A stretch of DNA of 64,000 bases from a candidate division FCPU426 bacterium (GCA_027452205.1 DAIDGV010000015.1:11111-75110); one strand, 5' to 3'; counted from the stretch's first letter, positions 47,715 to 58,922 are shown. The notes: generated from the letters alone by a model not told the origin. A program made the numbers and translations.

Positions 47715-50489
47715 TTATTTAGATGAGTATTCTTTACCCTTGCCCGAATGCTTTAAAGCGGCTTGAGCGGCGGCCAAACGGGCGATAGGCACCCGGTAAG
47801 GCGAGCAAGAGACATAGTTGAGACCCACGATATGACAGAATTCCACCGAATTCGGGTCCCCGCCATGCTCACCGCAGATACCCACCTTGAGCTTGGGCTT
47901 CACCGAGCGGCCCTTTTCCACGCCCATACGGACCAATTGGCCGACGCCATTGCGGTCCAGGACCTGGAAAGGATCCTTCTCGTAGATACCGTTGTCTTGG
48001 TAGTGGCGGATGATCTTCGCGGTATCGTCGCGGGAGAATCCGAAAGTGGTCTGGGTCAGGTCATTGGTCCCAAAGCTGAAGAAGTCGGCTTCGGCGCCGA
48101 TCTTATCCGCCGTGACCGCCGCGCGGGGCAGCTCGATCATGGTCCCAATGGTGTATTCCAGTTTCACACCGTACTTCTTGATGGTCTCTTCGGCGGTCTT
48201 GATGACCACCGCTTTTTGGTTCTTCAATTCCGTCACGTCCCCGACCAGGGGGATCATGATCTCGGGGACGATCTTCTTCCCCTTCTTGACCAATTCGCAG
48301 GCGGCGCTAATGACGGCCTCGGTCTGCATCTCGGTGATCTCCGGATAGGTGATCCCTAAGCGGCAACCGCGGTGACCCAGCATCGGGTTGAACTCATGCA
48401 GTTCTTCCACGCGGTGTAAAAGCTTCTTGGCTTTTTGCAGATCGGTGCCCTCTTCCTTCACCAAAAGAAGGGCTTTTTTAATGACTTCGTTCGAGGTGGT
48501 CGTCTTGCCGGCGGCTTCCATGCGGGCCACTTCCACCATCAGCTCTTCCCGCTTCGGAAGGAATTCATGCAAGGGCGGGTCCAAGAAACGCACCGTGACC
48601 GGGAACCCGGCCATGGCTTCAAAGAGACCCATAAAGTCGGCCTTTTGCATCGGCAACAAGGCTTTCAAGGCTTCCCGGCGGGAAGCCTCGTCGGTGGCCA
48701 AGATCATCGCCTGCATGTGGGGTAAACGGTCTTCATCGAAGAACATGTGCTCGGTCCGGCAAAGGCCGATACCTTCCGCGCCGAAAGCGCGGGCCACTTT
48801 AGCGTCGCGTGGAATGTCAGCGTTCGCACGCACCTTCAGGGTGCGGGCGGCATCCGCCCAGCCCATGAGGGTGGCGAAATCGCCGGAAAGCTCCGCGTCC
48901 ATGGTAGGCACTTTGCCGTGAATGACCTCACCGGTCGAGCCGTTCAAGGAGATCCAGTCCCCTTCTTTAATGACCACGCTGCCGACGGAGAACTTTTTAC
49001 CGTGCTCGTCGACCTTGATGGATTCACAACCCGCCACACAGGTCTTGCCCATGCCGCGGGCCACGACAGCCGCGTGGCTGGTCATCCCGCCGCGGGCGGT
49101 CAAGATACCTTCCGAGGCGTCCATGCCATGGATATCGTCCGGAGAGGTCTCCAAACGCACCAGGATGGTCTTCTTGCCTTCGCTGCGCCAATCCACGGCA
49201 TCCTCAGCGGTGAACACCGCTTGGCCCGAAGCTGCGCCCGGGGAGGCCGGCAAACCCTTGGTAATGACGTCTTTCTTGGCCTTCGGATCGAAGACCGGGT
49301 GGAGCAATTGATCCAATTGGATGGGATCAATGCGGGAAATGGCTTCTTCCTTGGTGATGAGCTTCTCGGCCACCATGTCGACTGCAATCTTCACCGCCGC
49401 GGCGGCCGTACGCTTGCCCGCGCGGGTCTGGAGCATGAACAACTTGCCCTTTTCGATGGTGAATTCGAAGTCTTGGATATCGCGATAGTGCTTCTCCAGT
49501 TTCTTGGTGGTGTCATAGAGCTGCTTGAACACCTTGGGCATGTCCTTTTCCAAGTGCAGGATCGGTTGGGGGGTACGGATACCCGCCACCACATCCTCCC
49601 CTTGGGCATTGAGCAGATATTCCCCGTAGAACTTCTTTTCGCCGGTAGCCGGGTTGCGGGTAAATCCCACGCCCGTTCCGGAGTCGTCGCCCATGTTACC
49701 GAACACCATGGATTGGACGTTCACGGCGGTACCGATATCGTGAGGGATGTCGTTCTGCTTACGGTAGAAGTTCGCGCGGTCGTTCATCCAAGAACGGAAC
49801 ACCGCGTCACGCGAACCGCGTAACTGGGCCAGAACGTCTTGCGGGAATTCTTTACCGGTCTTTTCCTTGATGAGTTTCTTGAATTTCTCGACCAGATCCT
49901 TCAGGTCCGTGGCGGACAATTCGGTGTCCAGCTTCACGCCCAGGTCTTCCTTCATTTTGTCGAGAACACGTTCGAACACTTCTTTACCCATTTCCATCAC
50001 CACGTTGCCGTACATCTGGACGAAACGGCGGTAGCTGTCATAGGCGAAACGTTCGTTATTGGTCGAGGCGATGAGACCTTTCACCGTGGTGTCGTTCAGA
50101 CCCAGGTTGAGGATGGTGTCCATCATGCCCGGCATGGAGAACTTGGCTCCCGAGCGGACCGAGACCAGGAGGGGGTTATTGCGGTCGCCGAACTTCTTGC
50201 CCAGGGCCTTTTCCAGCTTGGCCAAATGCTGTTGCATTTCCTTGTCGATGGACTCGGGGGTCTTCTTGCCGTGTTCGTAATAAAGACGGCAGACCTCGGT
50301 AACGATGGTGAACCCCGGAGGGACCGGCACGCCCGAATTGGTCATTTCGGCCAATCCCGCGCCCTTCCCACCCAGGACATCCTTCATGGTCCCGTGGCCT
50401 TCGGCTTTACCGTTGCCGAAGAAGTAAACGAACTTCTTGGTAGCGGTTTTCTTGGACGGCTTGGAAGACTTCTTCGCGGCTTTCGGCAT
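47715..50489 (-). CDS. ppdK: Pyruvate, phosphate dikinase
   Basis: GGKGAGLAEM, SMPGMMDT, GGMTSHAAVVARG, GIGLCRTEHMFF, FSFGTNDLTQ, GICGEHGGD. Confidence 0.98.
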   Translation of the reverse strand: MPKAAKKSSKPSKKTATKKFVYFFGNGKAEGHGTMKDVLGGKGAGLAEMTNSGVPVPPGFTIVTEVCRLYYEHGKKTPESIDKEMQQHLAKLEKALGKKFGDRNNPLLVSVRSGAKFSMPGMMDTILNLGLNDTTVKGLIASTNNERFAYDSYRRFVQMYGNVVMEMGKEVFERVLDKMKEDLGVKLDTELSATDLKDLVEKFKKLIKEKTGKEFPQDVLAQLRGSRDAVFRSWMNDRANFYRKQNDIPHDIGTAVNVQSMVFGNMGDDSGTGVGFTRNPATGEKKFYGEYLLNAQGEDVVAGIRTPQPILHLEKDMPKVFKQLYDTTKKLEKHYRDIQDFEFTIEKGKLFMLQTRAGKRTAAAAVKIAVDMVAEKLITKEEAISRIDPIQLDQLLHPVFDPKAKKDVITKGLPASPGAASGQAVFTAEDAVDWRSEGKKTILVRLETSPDDIHGMDASEGILTARGGMTSHAAVVARGMGKTCVAGCESIKVDEHGKKFSVGSVVIKEGDWISLNGSTGEVIHGKVPTMDAELSGDFATLMGWADAARTLKVRANADIPRDAKVARAFGAEGIGLCRTEHMFFDEDRLPHMQAMILATDEASRREALKALLPMQKADFMGLFEAMAGFPVTVRFLDPPLHEFLPKREELMVEVARMEAAGKTTTSNEVIKKALLLVKEEGTDLQKAKKLLHRVEELHEFNPMLGHRGCRLGITYPEITEMQTEAVISAACELVKKGKKIVPEIMIPLVGDVTELKNQKAVVIKTAEETIKKYGVKLEYTIGTMIELPRAAVTADKIGAEADFFSFGTNDLTQTTFGFSRDDTAKIIRHYQDNGIYEKDPFQVLDRNGVGQLVRMGVEKGRSVKPKLKVGICGEHGGDPNSVEFCHIVGLNYVSCSPYRVPIARLAAAQAALKHSGKGKEYSSK

Positions 50490-50649
50490 GGTGCATCCTC
50501 CTCGAGATTAAAAACATGAATGTCGAACGGAACGATGAGACTGGCTAGAAAAGGCCGTCATTGTAGCAAACCCCGTTTTGAATTCAACGGAAGCCGTCAG
50601 TCTGGACCGTTAAAAAATAAAGGCTTTTGGGGTCTTTTGAACGAAGAAG

Positions 50650-52770
50650 TTAGGCGGAAGGAGCGGATTCGGAGGTATAGACCAGCTTGCGGAAGTCCCC
50701 CGAGAGCAGGAACAGGTCACCCGCCTGGCGTAGCATGGCCAGCCGGTTATTGCGGATCTTGGCGTTCTTGTCCATCACCATGACCTTTTCGAAGAAGGCG
50801 TGGATGGGAGCCACCATCGTTTCTAAATGGCCCACCACATCCTCGTAATAATCGGCGCTCGACCGGTCCTCATCGGCGATATAACCCTTGGCGGTCTGGA
50901 TGGCTTCGTAAAGGTCTTTCTCTTCCTGTAGCTTCAAGAGAGGTTTGGCGACCCGGTCCGAGATCTTTTTGTCCGGAAGGATACGGAGCACCCGTCCCGC
51001 CGCCGTGACCAATTTTTGAAAATCTTGGTCATTCTTGTTCTTTTGAAGGGTCTCGGCCTTGGTCACCATATCGATCAACGAGGGCGCTTCGGTGGCGACC
51101 GCGGCATTGATCACATCGTAAGAAAGCCCCCGGGCTTCGAGCACCGTTTGAAGACGGCCCTTCAGGAACTCGGCGATCTCTTTGGTCTCAGCGGGTTTGG
51201 ACTTGCCCACATAGACCTTTTGGACCGTCAGGACCAACTCTTCTAAAGAGATGCTATAGCGGTTTTCCAGGATCATCTGCAGTACGCCCAAAGCTTGGCG
51301 ACGCAAAGCGAAAGGATCTTGGGAACCAGTGGGAATGATACGGGCCTTGAAACAACCAACGATGGTGTCCATTTTGTCCGCCAAACTAAGCAAGGAGGAT
51401 TCCTTCGTCGGCGGCAGTTGATCCCCGGAGAAGCGGGGGTAATAGTGATATTGAATGGCCGCGCCGGTTTCCACTTCGCCCTGCCGGGCCACATAAATAC
51501 CGCCCATCACGCCTTGCAGGCTGTTGAATTCTTTTTCGCGGATGATATTGGTGACCAGGTCCGCTTTGCAAAGCAGGGCCGCGCTTTGGGCCGTTTTAAT
51601 GGCATCCTTCGGGACTTCGAAAACCTCGCCGATCTTACCCACCAACTTGGACAAACGATGGGACTTGTCCAACATGCTGCCCATACCCTCCAGCCAAGTA
51701 AGACCCGAAAGCTTTTGCGCCCATTCTTCCATGGGCACTTTAAGGTCCTCTTGCACGAAGAATTTGGCGTCTTCCAACCGGGCTTTCAGGACCGCTTCAT
51801 TGGAACGGATGACCACTTGTTTGTCTTTGGGTGTGCCATTGATGACCCCAATGAAGTAAGGCAAAAGCTTGCCTTCCCCGTCCCGAACGGCGAAATATTT
51901 TTGGTGTTCTCGCATGGCGGTCACAATGACCTGGTCTGGCAATTCAAGATATTTAGGATCGAAAGAACCCATAATGACATCGGGCGATTCGATAAGATTG
52001 TTCACGTCGTCCAAAAGGTCGGGGTCGGCAGGGACCACCGCGCCCTTTTCGGCGGCGGCTTGCTGTACTTTGTTCCAGATAATGGCTTTTCGTTCCGCCG
52101 GATCGGCAATGACCCCGTTCTCACGCAGGACATCCAGATAATCCCCGGCTTCCATCACATCCAAAGCGCCCTTTTTGAGGGCCCTCAAACCACGGGTTTC
52201 CCGGTTGCTGTAAATACCGGCGATCTCGAAAGGAATGACCGTACGGGAGAAAACGCCACAAACCCAACGAATGGGCCGGGCGAAAAGAAAGTCGCCATTC
52301 CCCCAGCGCTGCACCTTGGGGAACCGGAGCTTCTTGATGACCTCGGGGAATATCTCGCCCATGATCTCGCTGGTCAGACGGCCGCCACCCTTCTTAATAA
52401 CAACGACCACTTCCCCTTTGGGGGTCATCTTGCGCTTCAAGGCGGCCGCTGAAACACCCTGGGCCTTGGCAAAACCCTCGCCCGCGCGGGTCGGCAAGCC
52501 GTGCTCGTCAAAAGCCACCGACACCAAGGGGCCGGTCACTTCTTTGGCGGAGTCTTCCTGCATTTCGGGTAAACCCTTGAAGAACAGGGTCAAACGACGG
52601 GGCGTGTAATAGGTGTAAAGGTTCTGATACGTGATCTTGTGTTCTTTCAAAGAAGCTTCCGCCGCGGCCACCATTTGGTCGATGGCCGGTCTTATATAAG
52701 AGGATGGCAATTCTTCGCAGCCGATCTCAAGGACAGCGTCTTTAAGGGGGGTCAGGTGTTCGATGGCCAT
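50650..52770 (-). CDS. glyS: Glycine--tRNA ligase beta subunit
   Basis: LEIGCEELP, TPRRL, FARPIRW, PTGSQDPFALRR, RNNRLA. Confidence 0.96.
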   Translation of the reverse strand: MAIEHLTPLKDAVLEIGCEELPSSYIRPAIDQMVAAAEASLKEHKITYQNLYTYYTPRRLTLFFKGLPEMQEDSAKEVTGPLVSVAFDEHGLPTRAGEGFAKAQGVSAAALKRKMTPKGEVVVVIKKGGGRLTSEIMGEIFPEVIKKLRFPKVQRWGNGDFLFARPIRWVCGVFSRTVIPFEIAGIYSNRETRGLRALKKGALDVMEAGDYLDVLRENGVIADPAERKAIIWNKVQQAAAEKGAVVPADPDLLDDVNNLIESPDVIMGSFDPKYLELPDQVIVTAMREHQKYFAVRDGEGKLLPYFIGVINGTPKDKQVVIRSNEAVLKARLEDAKFFVQEDLKVPMEEWAQKLSGLTWLEGMGSMLDKSHRLSKLVGKIGEVFEVPKDAIKTAQSAALLCKADLVTNIIREKEFNSLQGVMGGIYVARQGEVETGAAIQYHYYPRFSGDQLPPTKESSLLSLADKMDTIVGCFKARIIPTGSQDPFALRRQALGVLQMILENRYSISLEELVLTVQKVYVGKSKPAETKEIAEFLKGRLQTVLEARGLSYDVINAAVATEAPSLIDMVTKAETLQKNKNDQDFQKLVTAAGRVLRILPDKKISDRVAKPLLKLQEEKDLYEAIQTAKGYIADEDRSSADYYEDVVGHLETMVAPIHAFFEKVMVMDKNAKIRNNRLAMLRQAGDLFLLSGDFRKLVYTSESAPSA

Positions 52771-52771
52771 A

Positions 52772-53653
52772 TCAAACCTTCTTGAGCAGGGGGTAACCCA
52801 GCTCTTCCCGTTGTTTCACATAAGCGGTCGCGACCGCCTTGGCCATGCCCCGGACCCGGGCGATATATTGGGTGCGTTCCGCCACCGAAATGGCCCCCCG
52901 GGCATCGAGCAAGTTAAAGGTGTGCGAGGCTTTCATGACGTAGTCATAAGCGGGGGCCACCAGGCCCAATTCCAATAAACGGCGTTCTTCCGCTTCGTAG
53001 TCCTTAAAGCTGCGTAAAAGCATCTTGGTATTGGCCTGCTCAAAATTGAAGGCCGAGAATTCTTTCTCGCTTTGCAGGAAAATATCCCGGTAAGTGATGT
53101 TCTTGCCGCCATAGTGCAGGTCCCAAACGCTATCGACCCCCTGGATGACGGTGGCGATACGTTCCAATCCGAAGGTGATCTCGCCCGAAACGGGCTTGAG
53201 TTCGAGCCCGCCGGTCACTTGGAAAAAAGTGAACTGGGTGATCTCGATACCGTCCATCCAAACCTGCCATCCCAGACCCGAAGCGCCCAAAGTGGGCGAT
53301 TCCCAATCGTCTTCCACGAAACGGATATCATGCTCGTCCTGGCGGATACCGATCTCTTCCAGGCAACCCAGGTAAAGTTCGATCATGTTCTCGGGGGAGG
53401 GTTTGAGGATGATCTGGTACTGGTAGTAATGCTGCATGCGGTTGGGGTTCTCGCCGTAACGGCCATCTTTGGGTCGGCGACAAGGGTCCACATAGGCGAC
53501 ATGGTAAGGTTCAGGGCCAAGAACGCGGAAGAAAGTAGCCGGATTAAAGGTGCCTGCGCCCTTTTCCAGGTCGTAAGGCTGTTGGATGACACAGCCCTGG
53601 CGGCTCCAATACTGGTTCAGCGTCATGATGAGTTCTTGGAACGACAGCGCCAT
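52772..53653 (-). CDS. glyQ: Glycine--tRNA ligase alpha subunit
   Basis: [52 protein letters not shown]. Confidence 0.98.
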   Translation of the reverse strand: MALSFQELIMTLNQYWSRQGCVIQQPYDLEKGAGTFNPATFFRVLGPEPYHVAYVDPCRRPKDGRYGENPNRMQHYYQYQIILKPSPENMIELYLGCLEEIGIRQDEHDIRFVEDDWESPTLGASGLGWQVWMDGIEITQFTFFQVTGGLELKPVSGEITFGLERIATVIQGVDSVWDLHYGGKNITYRDIFLQSEKEFSAFNFEQANTKMLLRSFKDYEAEERRLLELGLVAPAYDYVMKASHTFNLLDARGAISVAERTQYIARVRGMAKAVATAYVKQREELGYPLLKKV

Positions 53654-53812
53654 AGCGACCTCAAGGTGAAGTTAAAGCCATCCACAAGATTCTTTATGAA
53701 AAATAGGGGATTTAGCCTTAATCCGCAAGCTAAAAACCCTGACCTCGTTTGGACAAAAGAACGAAAACCAATGCTCAAAATGTCCGGAAGGTAAACTTCT
53801 ACCTCCGACCCT

Positions 53813-54346
53813 TTAGTGGATCGTCCAGGCCAGCAAGAAAAATTCGAACATCACTAAGCCGATTATGAGGAAGAAGATGGCCACTATCCAGCCCCGGCCT
53901 GTCATTTCCAGGGCGGCCACATAAGGCCGCTGGGTGGGCCAAACCTTAATCGCTTGGCCATAATCGGGGCTCGCTTGGCTGGGCCAGGCGGGATAGACGT
54001 AATAGATGTGATCGTACACCTTGCCGTCTTTATCCACGGCGCCTTGATAGACACCCGCGCCTTCATAAACCAGGCGGTATTTCCCCACCGGTGTGTTGGG
54101 CAAGCTGGAAAGATCGGAAACGGTGGCGTCCACGCCCATGCTATTGGTCAGGATCTGGACCCCGGAATAACCCAGGAAGAGTAGGCTGATCGCCAGGAAA
54201 AGCAGAGAAAGGATAAGGGCTAAAAGCTTACGAAGGATCATCCGAGGCAGGGACTTCCACGGGAAAGCGCGCAACCGGGCCAAAAAGGTCCATTTGGGCC
54301 AGGTGATGGAGATGGGTTTGAGTTTGAGCTTCAAGGAGAAAGCCAT
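53813..54346 (-). CDS. Hypothetical two-TM membrane protein
   Basis: 177-aa ORF with N- and C-terminal hydrophobic helices. Confidence 0.65.
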   Translation of the reverse strand: MAFSLKLKLKPISITWPKWTFLARLRAFPWKSLPRMILRKLLALILSLLFLAISLLFLGYSGVQILTNSMGVDATVSDLSSLPNTPVGKYRLVYEGAGVYQGAVDKDGKVYDHIYYVYPAWPSQASPDYGQAIKVWPTQRPYVAALEMTGRGWIVAIFFLIIGLVMFEFFLLAWTIH

Positions 54347-54451
54347 AAAAACCCCGGAGGTCCGAAATAGCGTCGAAGGGCCTTTATTTTATCGGCGAAA
54401 GGTAAAACTGCCAGGATATAAATGGACGAAATGACCTGGCAAAGCGGGAAT

Positions 54452-55018
54452 TTACATCATTCCCAATTGAAGCCGGGCGGCTTCCGTCATCAGGCTTTGG
54501 TTCCAGGGGGGCTCAAAAGTGACTTCCACAAGAGCCTCACGGACACCCTTGATGCGTTTGAGCTTTTCCTCGATCTCGTTCTTGAGGACGGTCGACATCC
54601 CGCAGCCCGGGGCCGTCAGGGTCATGACCACCTCGACTCGCTTCCCGCCTTCGGGGATGGCTTTGATGACACAGCCGTAGATCAGGCCCAATTCCACGAT
54701 ATTGACCGGGATCTCCGGGTCAAAACAGGTCTTGAGTTGTTCCCAAACGTTCTGTTCCACGGTCTTTTCATCGACCGGTTCGTCGTCATACTCCATCTTG
54801 AACACTTTGGCTTCGTCAGGCACCGGCTTGCCCAACGCGTCGGCGTCTTGACCGCTGACCCGGCACAACTGTCCGTTATCACGCTGAACGGTGAAACTTC
54901 CGCCCAGTGTTTGGGTGATATAGACCTTCTCGTCTTGGAACAGAAGGCTCTCGGTACCATAAGGAATGGTAATGACCTTACAGTCGCGGGTAACGGTGAC
55001 TAATTCGTAGTTGCTCAT
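54452..55018 (-). CDS. sufT: Fe-S cluster assembly protein SufT (DUF59)
   Basis: ITQTLGGSFTV, CFDPEIPVNIVELGLIY, MTLTAPGCGM, FEPPW. Confidence 0.93.
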   Translation of the reverse strand: MSNYELVTVTRDCKVITIPYGTESLLFQDEKVYITQTLGGSFTVQRDNGQLCRVSGQDADALGKPVPDEAKVFKMEYDDEPVDEKTVEQNVWEQLKTCFDPEIPVNIVELGLIYGCVIKAIPEGGKRVEVVMTLTAPGCGMSTVLKNEIEEKLKRIKGVREALVEVTFEPPWNQSLMTEAARLQLGMM

Positions 55019-55485
55019 CCTTCACTTCCCTTGCCGTCATCGGTCGAGATGACGTCTTTTTCGTTCTTTAAAGCGGCGTCCATGGTGTGCCAAGCCAGGC
55101 TGGCGCATTTCACCCGGGCCGGATATTCCTTCACACCCTCAAAGACCTTCAATTTGCCCAGGTCCTCAGGGGCTTTGTCGATCTTGCCCATGACCATGTC
55201 ATGGAACTCATGAAAGAGATGTTCGGCTTCTTCTACCTTTTTACCCTTCAAAACCGTTGTCATCATCGAGGCCGAGGCCTTGGAGATAGCGCAGCCCGAA
55301 CCCTTGAAGTGGATGTCTTGAATGACACCCTTATCGTCCAATTTCATGTCGAGCGAGATCTTGTCGCCGCACAAGGGATTGAACCCGTCGGCGTGATGGT
55401 TCGCGTCGGGCAAGGACCCGAAATTGCGCGGGTTCTTTTGGTGGTCGAGGATCAGGTCTTGGTAGAGGTCGCTGAAGTCGGACAT
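55015..55485 (-). CDS. sufU: SUF system NifU-like protein SufU
   Basis: LYQDLILDH..NPRN, NPLCGD, GCAISKAS, RVKCA.LAW; ATG 55485 after GGAG. Confidence 0.95.
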   Translation of the reverse strand: MSDFSDLYQDLILDHQKNPRNFGSLPDANHHADGFNPLCGDKISLDMKLDDKGVIQDIHFKGSGCAISKASASMMTTVLKGKKVEEAEHLFHEFHDMVMGKIDKAPEDLGKLKVFEGVKEYPARVKCASLAWHTMDAALKNEKDVISTDDGKGSEG

Positions 55486-55495
55486 CAAAAACTCC

Positions 55496-55599
55496 AATTT
55501 TGAATTTTGAATGTTGAATTAAAAATTAAGGTCACCTTTCGACGGGATTCCCGTCGAAAGTTACCAAAATTCATAATTGAAAATTCATAATTCATAATT
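55496..55599. repeat. Heptamer-family inverted-repeat element (copy E) with central 25-bp palindrome
   Basis: AATTTTG AATTTTG AATGTTG AATT ... CTTTCGACGGGA-T-TCCCGTCGAAAG ... AATTCAT AATTGAA AATTCAT AATTCAT AATT. Confidence 0.85.
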
Positions 55600-56842
55600 A
55601 TTTGAAAACCTCCAACACCTTATGAACTGCCGCTACTAAAAGATCCACTTCCGGCTTGGTGTTATAAAGCGCGAAAGAAGCCCGGGCCGTCGCCGGGATA
55701 TTGAACCGGTCCATCACCGGCTGCGCGCAATGATGGCCCGCCCGCACCGCCACACCCTGACGGTCCAAAATAGTGCCGATGTCATGGGGATGGATCTCGC
55801 CTAAGGTGAAAGAAAGGACTCCCGCTTTCATGGCTGCGGTCCCAATGATGCGAACTTGCTTGATCTGGGACAAGGCCTGGGTGCCGTAAACAAGAAGTTC
55901 ATGCTCATGGGCGGCAATGGCGTCAAGCCCGACCGCTGTGACGTAATCAAGCGCTTTGCCTAAGCCAATGACCCCGGCGATATGGGGTGTGCCCGCTTCG
56001 AACTTGTGCGGCGGCTTGGCATAAAGGGTCTTTTCAAAGGTGACCGAGGCGATCATGTCGCCCCCACCCTGGTAAGGCGGCATAGCGTTAAGCAGGGCCA
56101 ATTTGCCGTAAAGAACACCGATACCGGTAGGGCCATAAATTTTATGGCCGGAAAAAGCGTAAAAGTCGCAATCCAGCTTCTGGACATCCACCTTCAGGTG
56201 GGCCACCGATTGGGCCCCATCGATGAGCACCAAAGCCCCATGTTCATGGGCATAATGGATGATATCGGCGATGGGATTAATGGTACCCAAGGCATTGGAA
56301 ACGTGACCCACCGATACCAATTTAGTCTTGGAGGTCACGAGTTTCTTGAACTCGTCCATCAGCAGTTCGCCCCTGTCGTTGATGGGGATCACCTTCAATT
56401 TGGCGCCCTTTTCCTCGCAAAGCATCTGCCAGGGCACGATGTTGGAATGATGCTCCAGATGCGAAATGAGGATCTCATCCCCCGCCTGGATATTCTTCCG
56501 CCCCCAGGTTTGGGCTACCAGGTTGATACTTTCGGTCGTGCCCCGAGTGTAGATGATCTCGCTGGAAGAGGCGGCATTGATGAACTTTTGGATGGTCACC
56601 CGGGCGTCTTCGTAAGCTTTAGTGGATTCTTGGCTGAGCAGGTGAACACCCCGGTGGATATTGGCGTTCATTTCACGGTAATAGCGGTCTTCCATTTCAA
56701 TGACCGACAAGGGCTTCTGTGTGGTCGCCGCGTTATCCAGATAGACTAATGGCTTCCCATGGACCTGACGGTTCAGGATCGGAAAATCCTTACGGATTTT
56801 CTCCACATCGTAAGCGGTCTTTATAGAAGCCGGAGCGGTCAT
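55598..56842 (-). CDS. sufS: Cysteine desulfurase SufS
   Basis: YLDNAATTQKP, EHHSNIVPW, FSGHK, RAGHHCA. Confidence 0.97.
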   Translation of the reverse strand: MTAPASIKTAYDVEKIRKDFPILNRQVHGKPLVYLDNAATTQKPLSVIEMEDRYYREMNANIHRGVHLLSQESTKAYEDARVTIQKFINAASSSEIIYTRGTTESINLVAQTWGRKNIQAGDEILISHLEHHSNIVPWQMLCEEKGAKLKVIPINDRGELLMDEFKKLVTSKTKLVSVGHVSNALGTINPIADIIHYAHEHGALVLIDGAQSVAHLKVDVQKLDCDFYAFSGHKIYGPTGIGVLYGKLALLNAMPPYQGGGDMIASVTFEKTLYAKPPHKFEAGTPHIAGVIGLGKALDYVTAVGLDAIAAHEHELLVYGTQALSQIKQVRIIGTAAMKAGVLSFTLGEIHPHDIGTILDRQGVAVRAGHHCAQPVMDRFNIPATARASFALYNTKPEVDLLVAAVHKVLEVFK

Positions 56843-58161
56843 GATGCCCCTCCCATCCAGTCTTGGACGAACTTTGTCAAAGCTGGTTTCAAGTACTCAC
56901 TGGGGACCCGTTCCACCATCTCGCCGGCAAAAGCATAGACCAAAGCTTTCTTCGCGTCGGCCCGGCTGATACCTCGGGATTGAAAATAGAACAAAGCCTC
57001 TTCATCCATCTGGCCCGTGGCGCTGCCATGGGAACACTTCACGTCATCGGCGTAAATTTGAAGCTGGGGCTTGGAATAAACCTTCGCCGTATTGGACAGT
57101 TGTAGGTTCTTGTTGGACTGACGCGCGTCGGTCTTTTGGGCATTCTCGCGAACGAGGATAAAACCGTCAAAGATAGCGGTCGATTCGCCGTCAAGCACAC
57201 CCTTGAAGGTCTCATGGCTATTGCAGTTAGGCGACAAGTGGTCGATGAAAGTGCGGGTATCCACATGCTGCTGGCCTTTGGAAAGATACAGGCCGTCCAT
57301 GACGCTTTCGGCTTTCTTTTGCGCCAAGGTGGTGTCGATCTCATTACGGGTCAAAGCGCCGCCCACCGAGAAAGTACGGGAGATGAATTGGCTGGCCTCG
57401 TTCTGTTTCGCTTCTATGGACCCGACATGAAAACCCTTCAGGTCTTCTTGGCCGATCTTGGTATGGTCCAATACCGATCCTTGCGAAAGGACCACTTCGG
57501 TAACGGCATTGGTCAAATAAGCGCTGACATTCTCGCCCCAGTAATGCTCGATCACTTGGGCACGGCTGTCATTGCCCAACACGATCAAATTGCGCAAATG
57601 GGATTGGGTAGTTTGGCTGGCGTTCGCCGAGAGATAGACCACGTGGATCGGCCATTCCAACAGTTGGCCCGCGGCTAAGTTCAGGAACAGCCCATCGGTA
57701 AAATAAGCCATATTTAAGGCGGTAAAAGCTTTCTTTTGGGCCGAAGCCACCTGGCCCAAATAGGTTTTTACCGTTTCATGGGCCAAAGCGCTCGCCAGGT
57801 TCTGGATGACCACGCCCTTGGGCAAGGTTTTCAGGGAAGACAATTCCGCCGAATAAGCACCGTTCACGAAAACCATCACATGGGCCTTTTCCACTTCAAA
57901 GCCCCGCTTCTTCAATTGGGCCGTCACCGCCGAAGGGGTCACCTTGGGCAATTCAAAAGAGAGGCTCATCTTCAACAGGTTGTTCGCCAAGTTGGTGTAT
58001 TTCCAGGACTCCAGCTTGTCCGTGGGAAATCCCGCTTGTTTAAAATGCTCCAACGCCTTAAGACGCAGGTCTTTCAGCCAAGCCTGGTCCTGGCCGGGCA
58101 AGAAAGCTTGCCGGGCGGTAAAAGCCGATAAGTAAAGGTCTTGGGTCATTAAGTTCGACAT
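56839..58161 (-). CDS. sufD: Fe-S cluster assembly protein SufD
   Basis: E.WKYT, AQKTDA.Q, KPQLQIYADDVKCSHG, YFQSRGI. Confidence 0.95.
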   Translation of the reverse strand: MSNLMTQDLYLSAFTARQAFLPGQDQAWLKDLRLKALEHFKQAGFPTDKLESWKYTNLANNLLKMSLSFELPKVTPSAVTAQLKKRGFEVEKAHVMVFVNGAYSAELSSLKTLPKGVVIQNLASALAHETVKTYLGQVASAQKKAFTALNMAYFTDGLFLNLAAGQLLEWPIHVVYLSANASQTTQSHLRNLIVLGNDSRAQVIEHYWGENVSAYLTNAVTEVVLSQGSVLDHTKIGQEDLKGFHVGSIEAKQNEASQFISRTFSVGGALTRNEIDTTLAQKKAESVMDGLYLSKGQQHVDTRTFIDHLSPNCNSHETFKGVLDGESTAIFDGFILVRENAQKTDARQSNKNLQLSNTAKVYSKPQLQIYADDVKCSHGSATGQMDEEALFYFQSRGISRADAKKALVYAFAGEMVERVPSEYLKPALTKFVQDWMGGAS

Positions 58162-58922
58162 TAGCGTTTCGCCTCTTCCTTTTCGCCGGTCAACCAGCCG
58201 TAGCCCTTCTCTTCCAGTTCCAGCGCCAGTTCCTTGCCGCCGGTCTTGATGATCTTGCCCTTGGCCAAGACATGCACTTGGTCCGGCACGATGTAGTCGA
58301 GCAACCGTTGATAGTGGGTGACCACCAAGAAAGAACGGTTCTTGCTGCGCAAAGCGTTCACGCCGTCCGCGACCACTTTAAGGGCGTCGATGTCCAGGCC
58401 CGAATCGGTCTCGTCCAGGATGCCCAACTTGGGTTCCAGGACCGCCATTTGAAGGATCTCGTTCTTTTTCTTTTCCCCGCCCGAGAAACCCTCGTTCACC
58501 GCGCGTTGCAACATAGCTTCATCCATCTTGAGGGGTTTGAGTTTGGCCTTGACCAGTTCGAGAAAGTCCATGGCGTCGAGTTCTTCCTCGCCCTTGGATT
58601 TACGCACCGCGTTCAAAGCCGCCTTCAGGAAGTAGGTGTTATTGACGCCGGGAATTTCCACCGGATATTGGAAAGCCAAAAAGACACCGGCCCGGGCCCG
58701 GTCTTCGGGCGAGAGCGACAAAAGATCTTTACCATCCAGGGTCACTTCCCCGCCGGTGATCTCATAACCCGGGCGGCCCGACAACACATGGGCCAAGGTG
58801 CTCTTGCCGGAGCCGTTCGGGCCCATAATGGCGTGCACCTCTCCCGAACGGATCTCCAGGTCGATGCCGTTCAAGATCTGCTTATCTTCAACTTTAGCTT
58901 TCAGTCCTTTGATAACTAACAT
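58161..58922 (-). CDS. sufC: Fe-S cluster assembly ATPase SufC
   Basis: GPNGSGKST, FQYPVEIPGV, GFSGGEKKKNE, LDETDSGLDIDAL. Confidence 0.97.
   Translation of the reverse strand: MLVIKGLKAKVEDKQILNGIDLEIRSGEVHAIMGPNGSGKSTLAHVLSGRPGYEITGGEVTLDGKDLLSLSPEDRARAGVFLAFQYPVEIPGVNNTYFLKAALNAVRKSKGEEELDAMDFLELVKAKLKPLKMDEAMLQRAVNEGFSGGEKKKNEILQMAVLEPKLGILDETDSGLDIDALKVVADGVNALRSKNRSFLVVTHYQRLLDYIVPDQVHVLAKGKIIKTGGKELALELEEKGYGWLTGEKEEAKR

Noticed and set aside
50573..50590. Imperfect palindrome CCGTTTTGAATTCAACGG upstream of ppdK
   Set aside because: Single short AT-cored palindrome with no second copy in the window; insufficient support.
53775..53800. GTCCGGAAGG resembling the SRP RNA core
   Set aside because: Lacks the flanking CAGG and AGCAG and the long enclosing helix.
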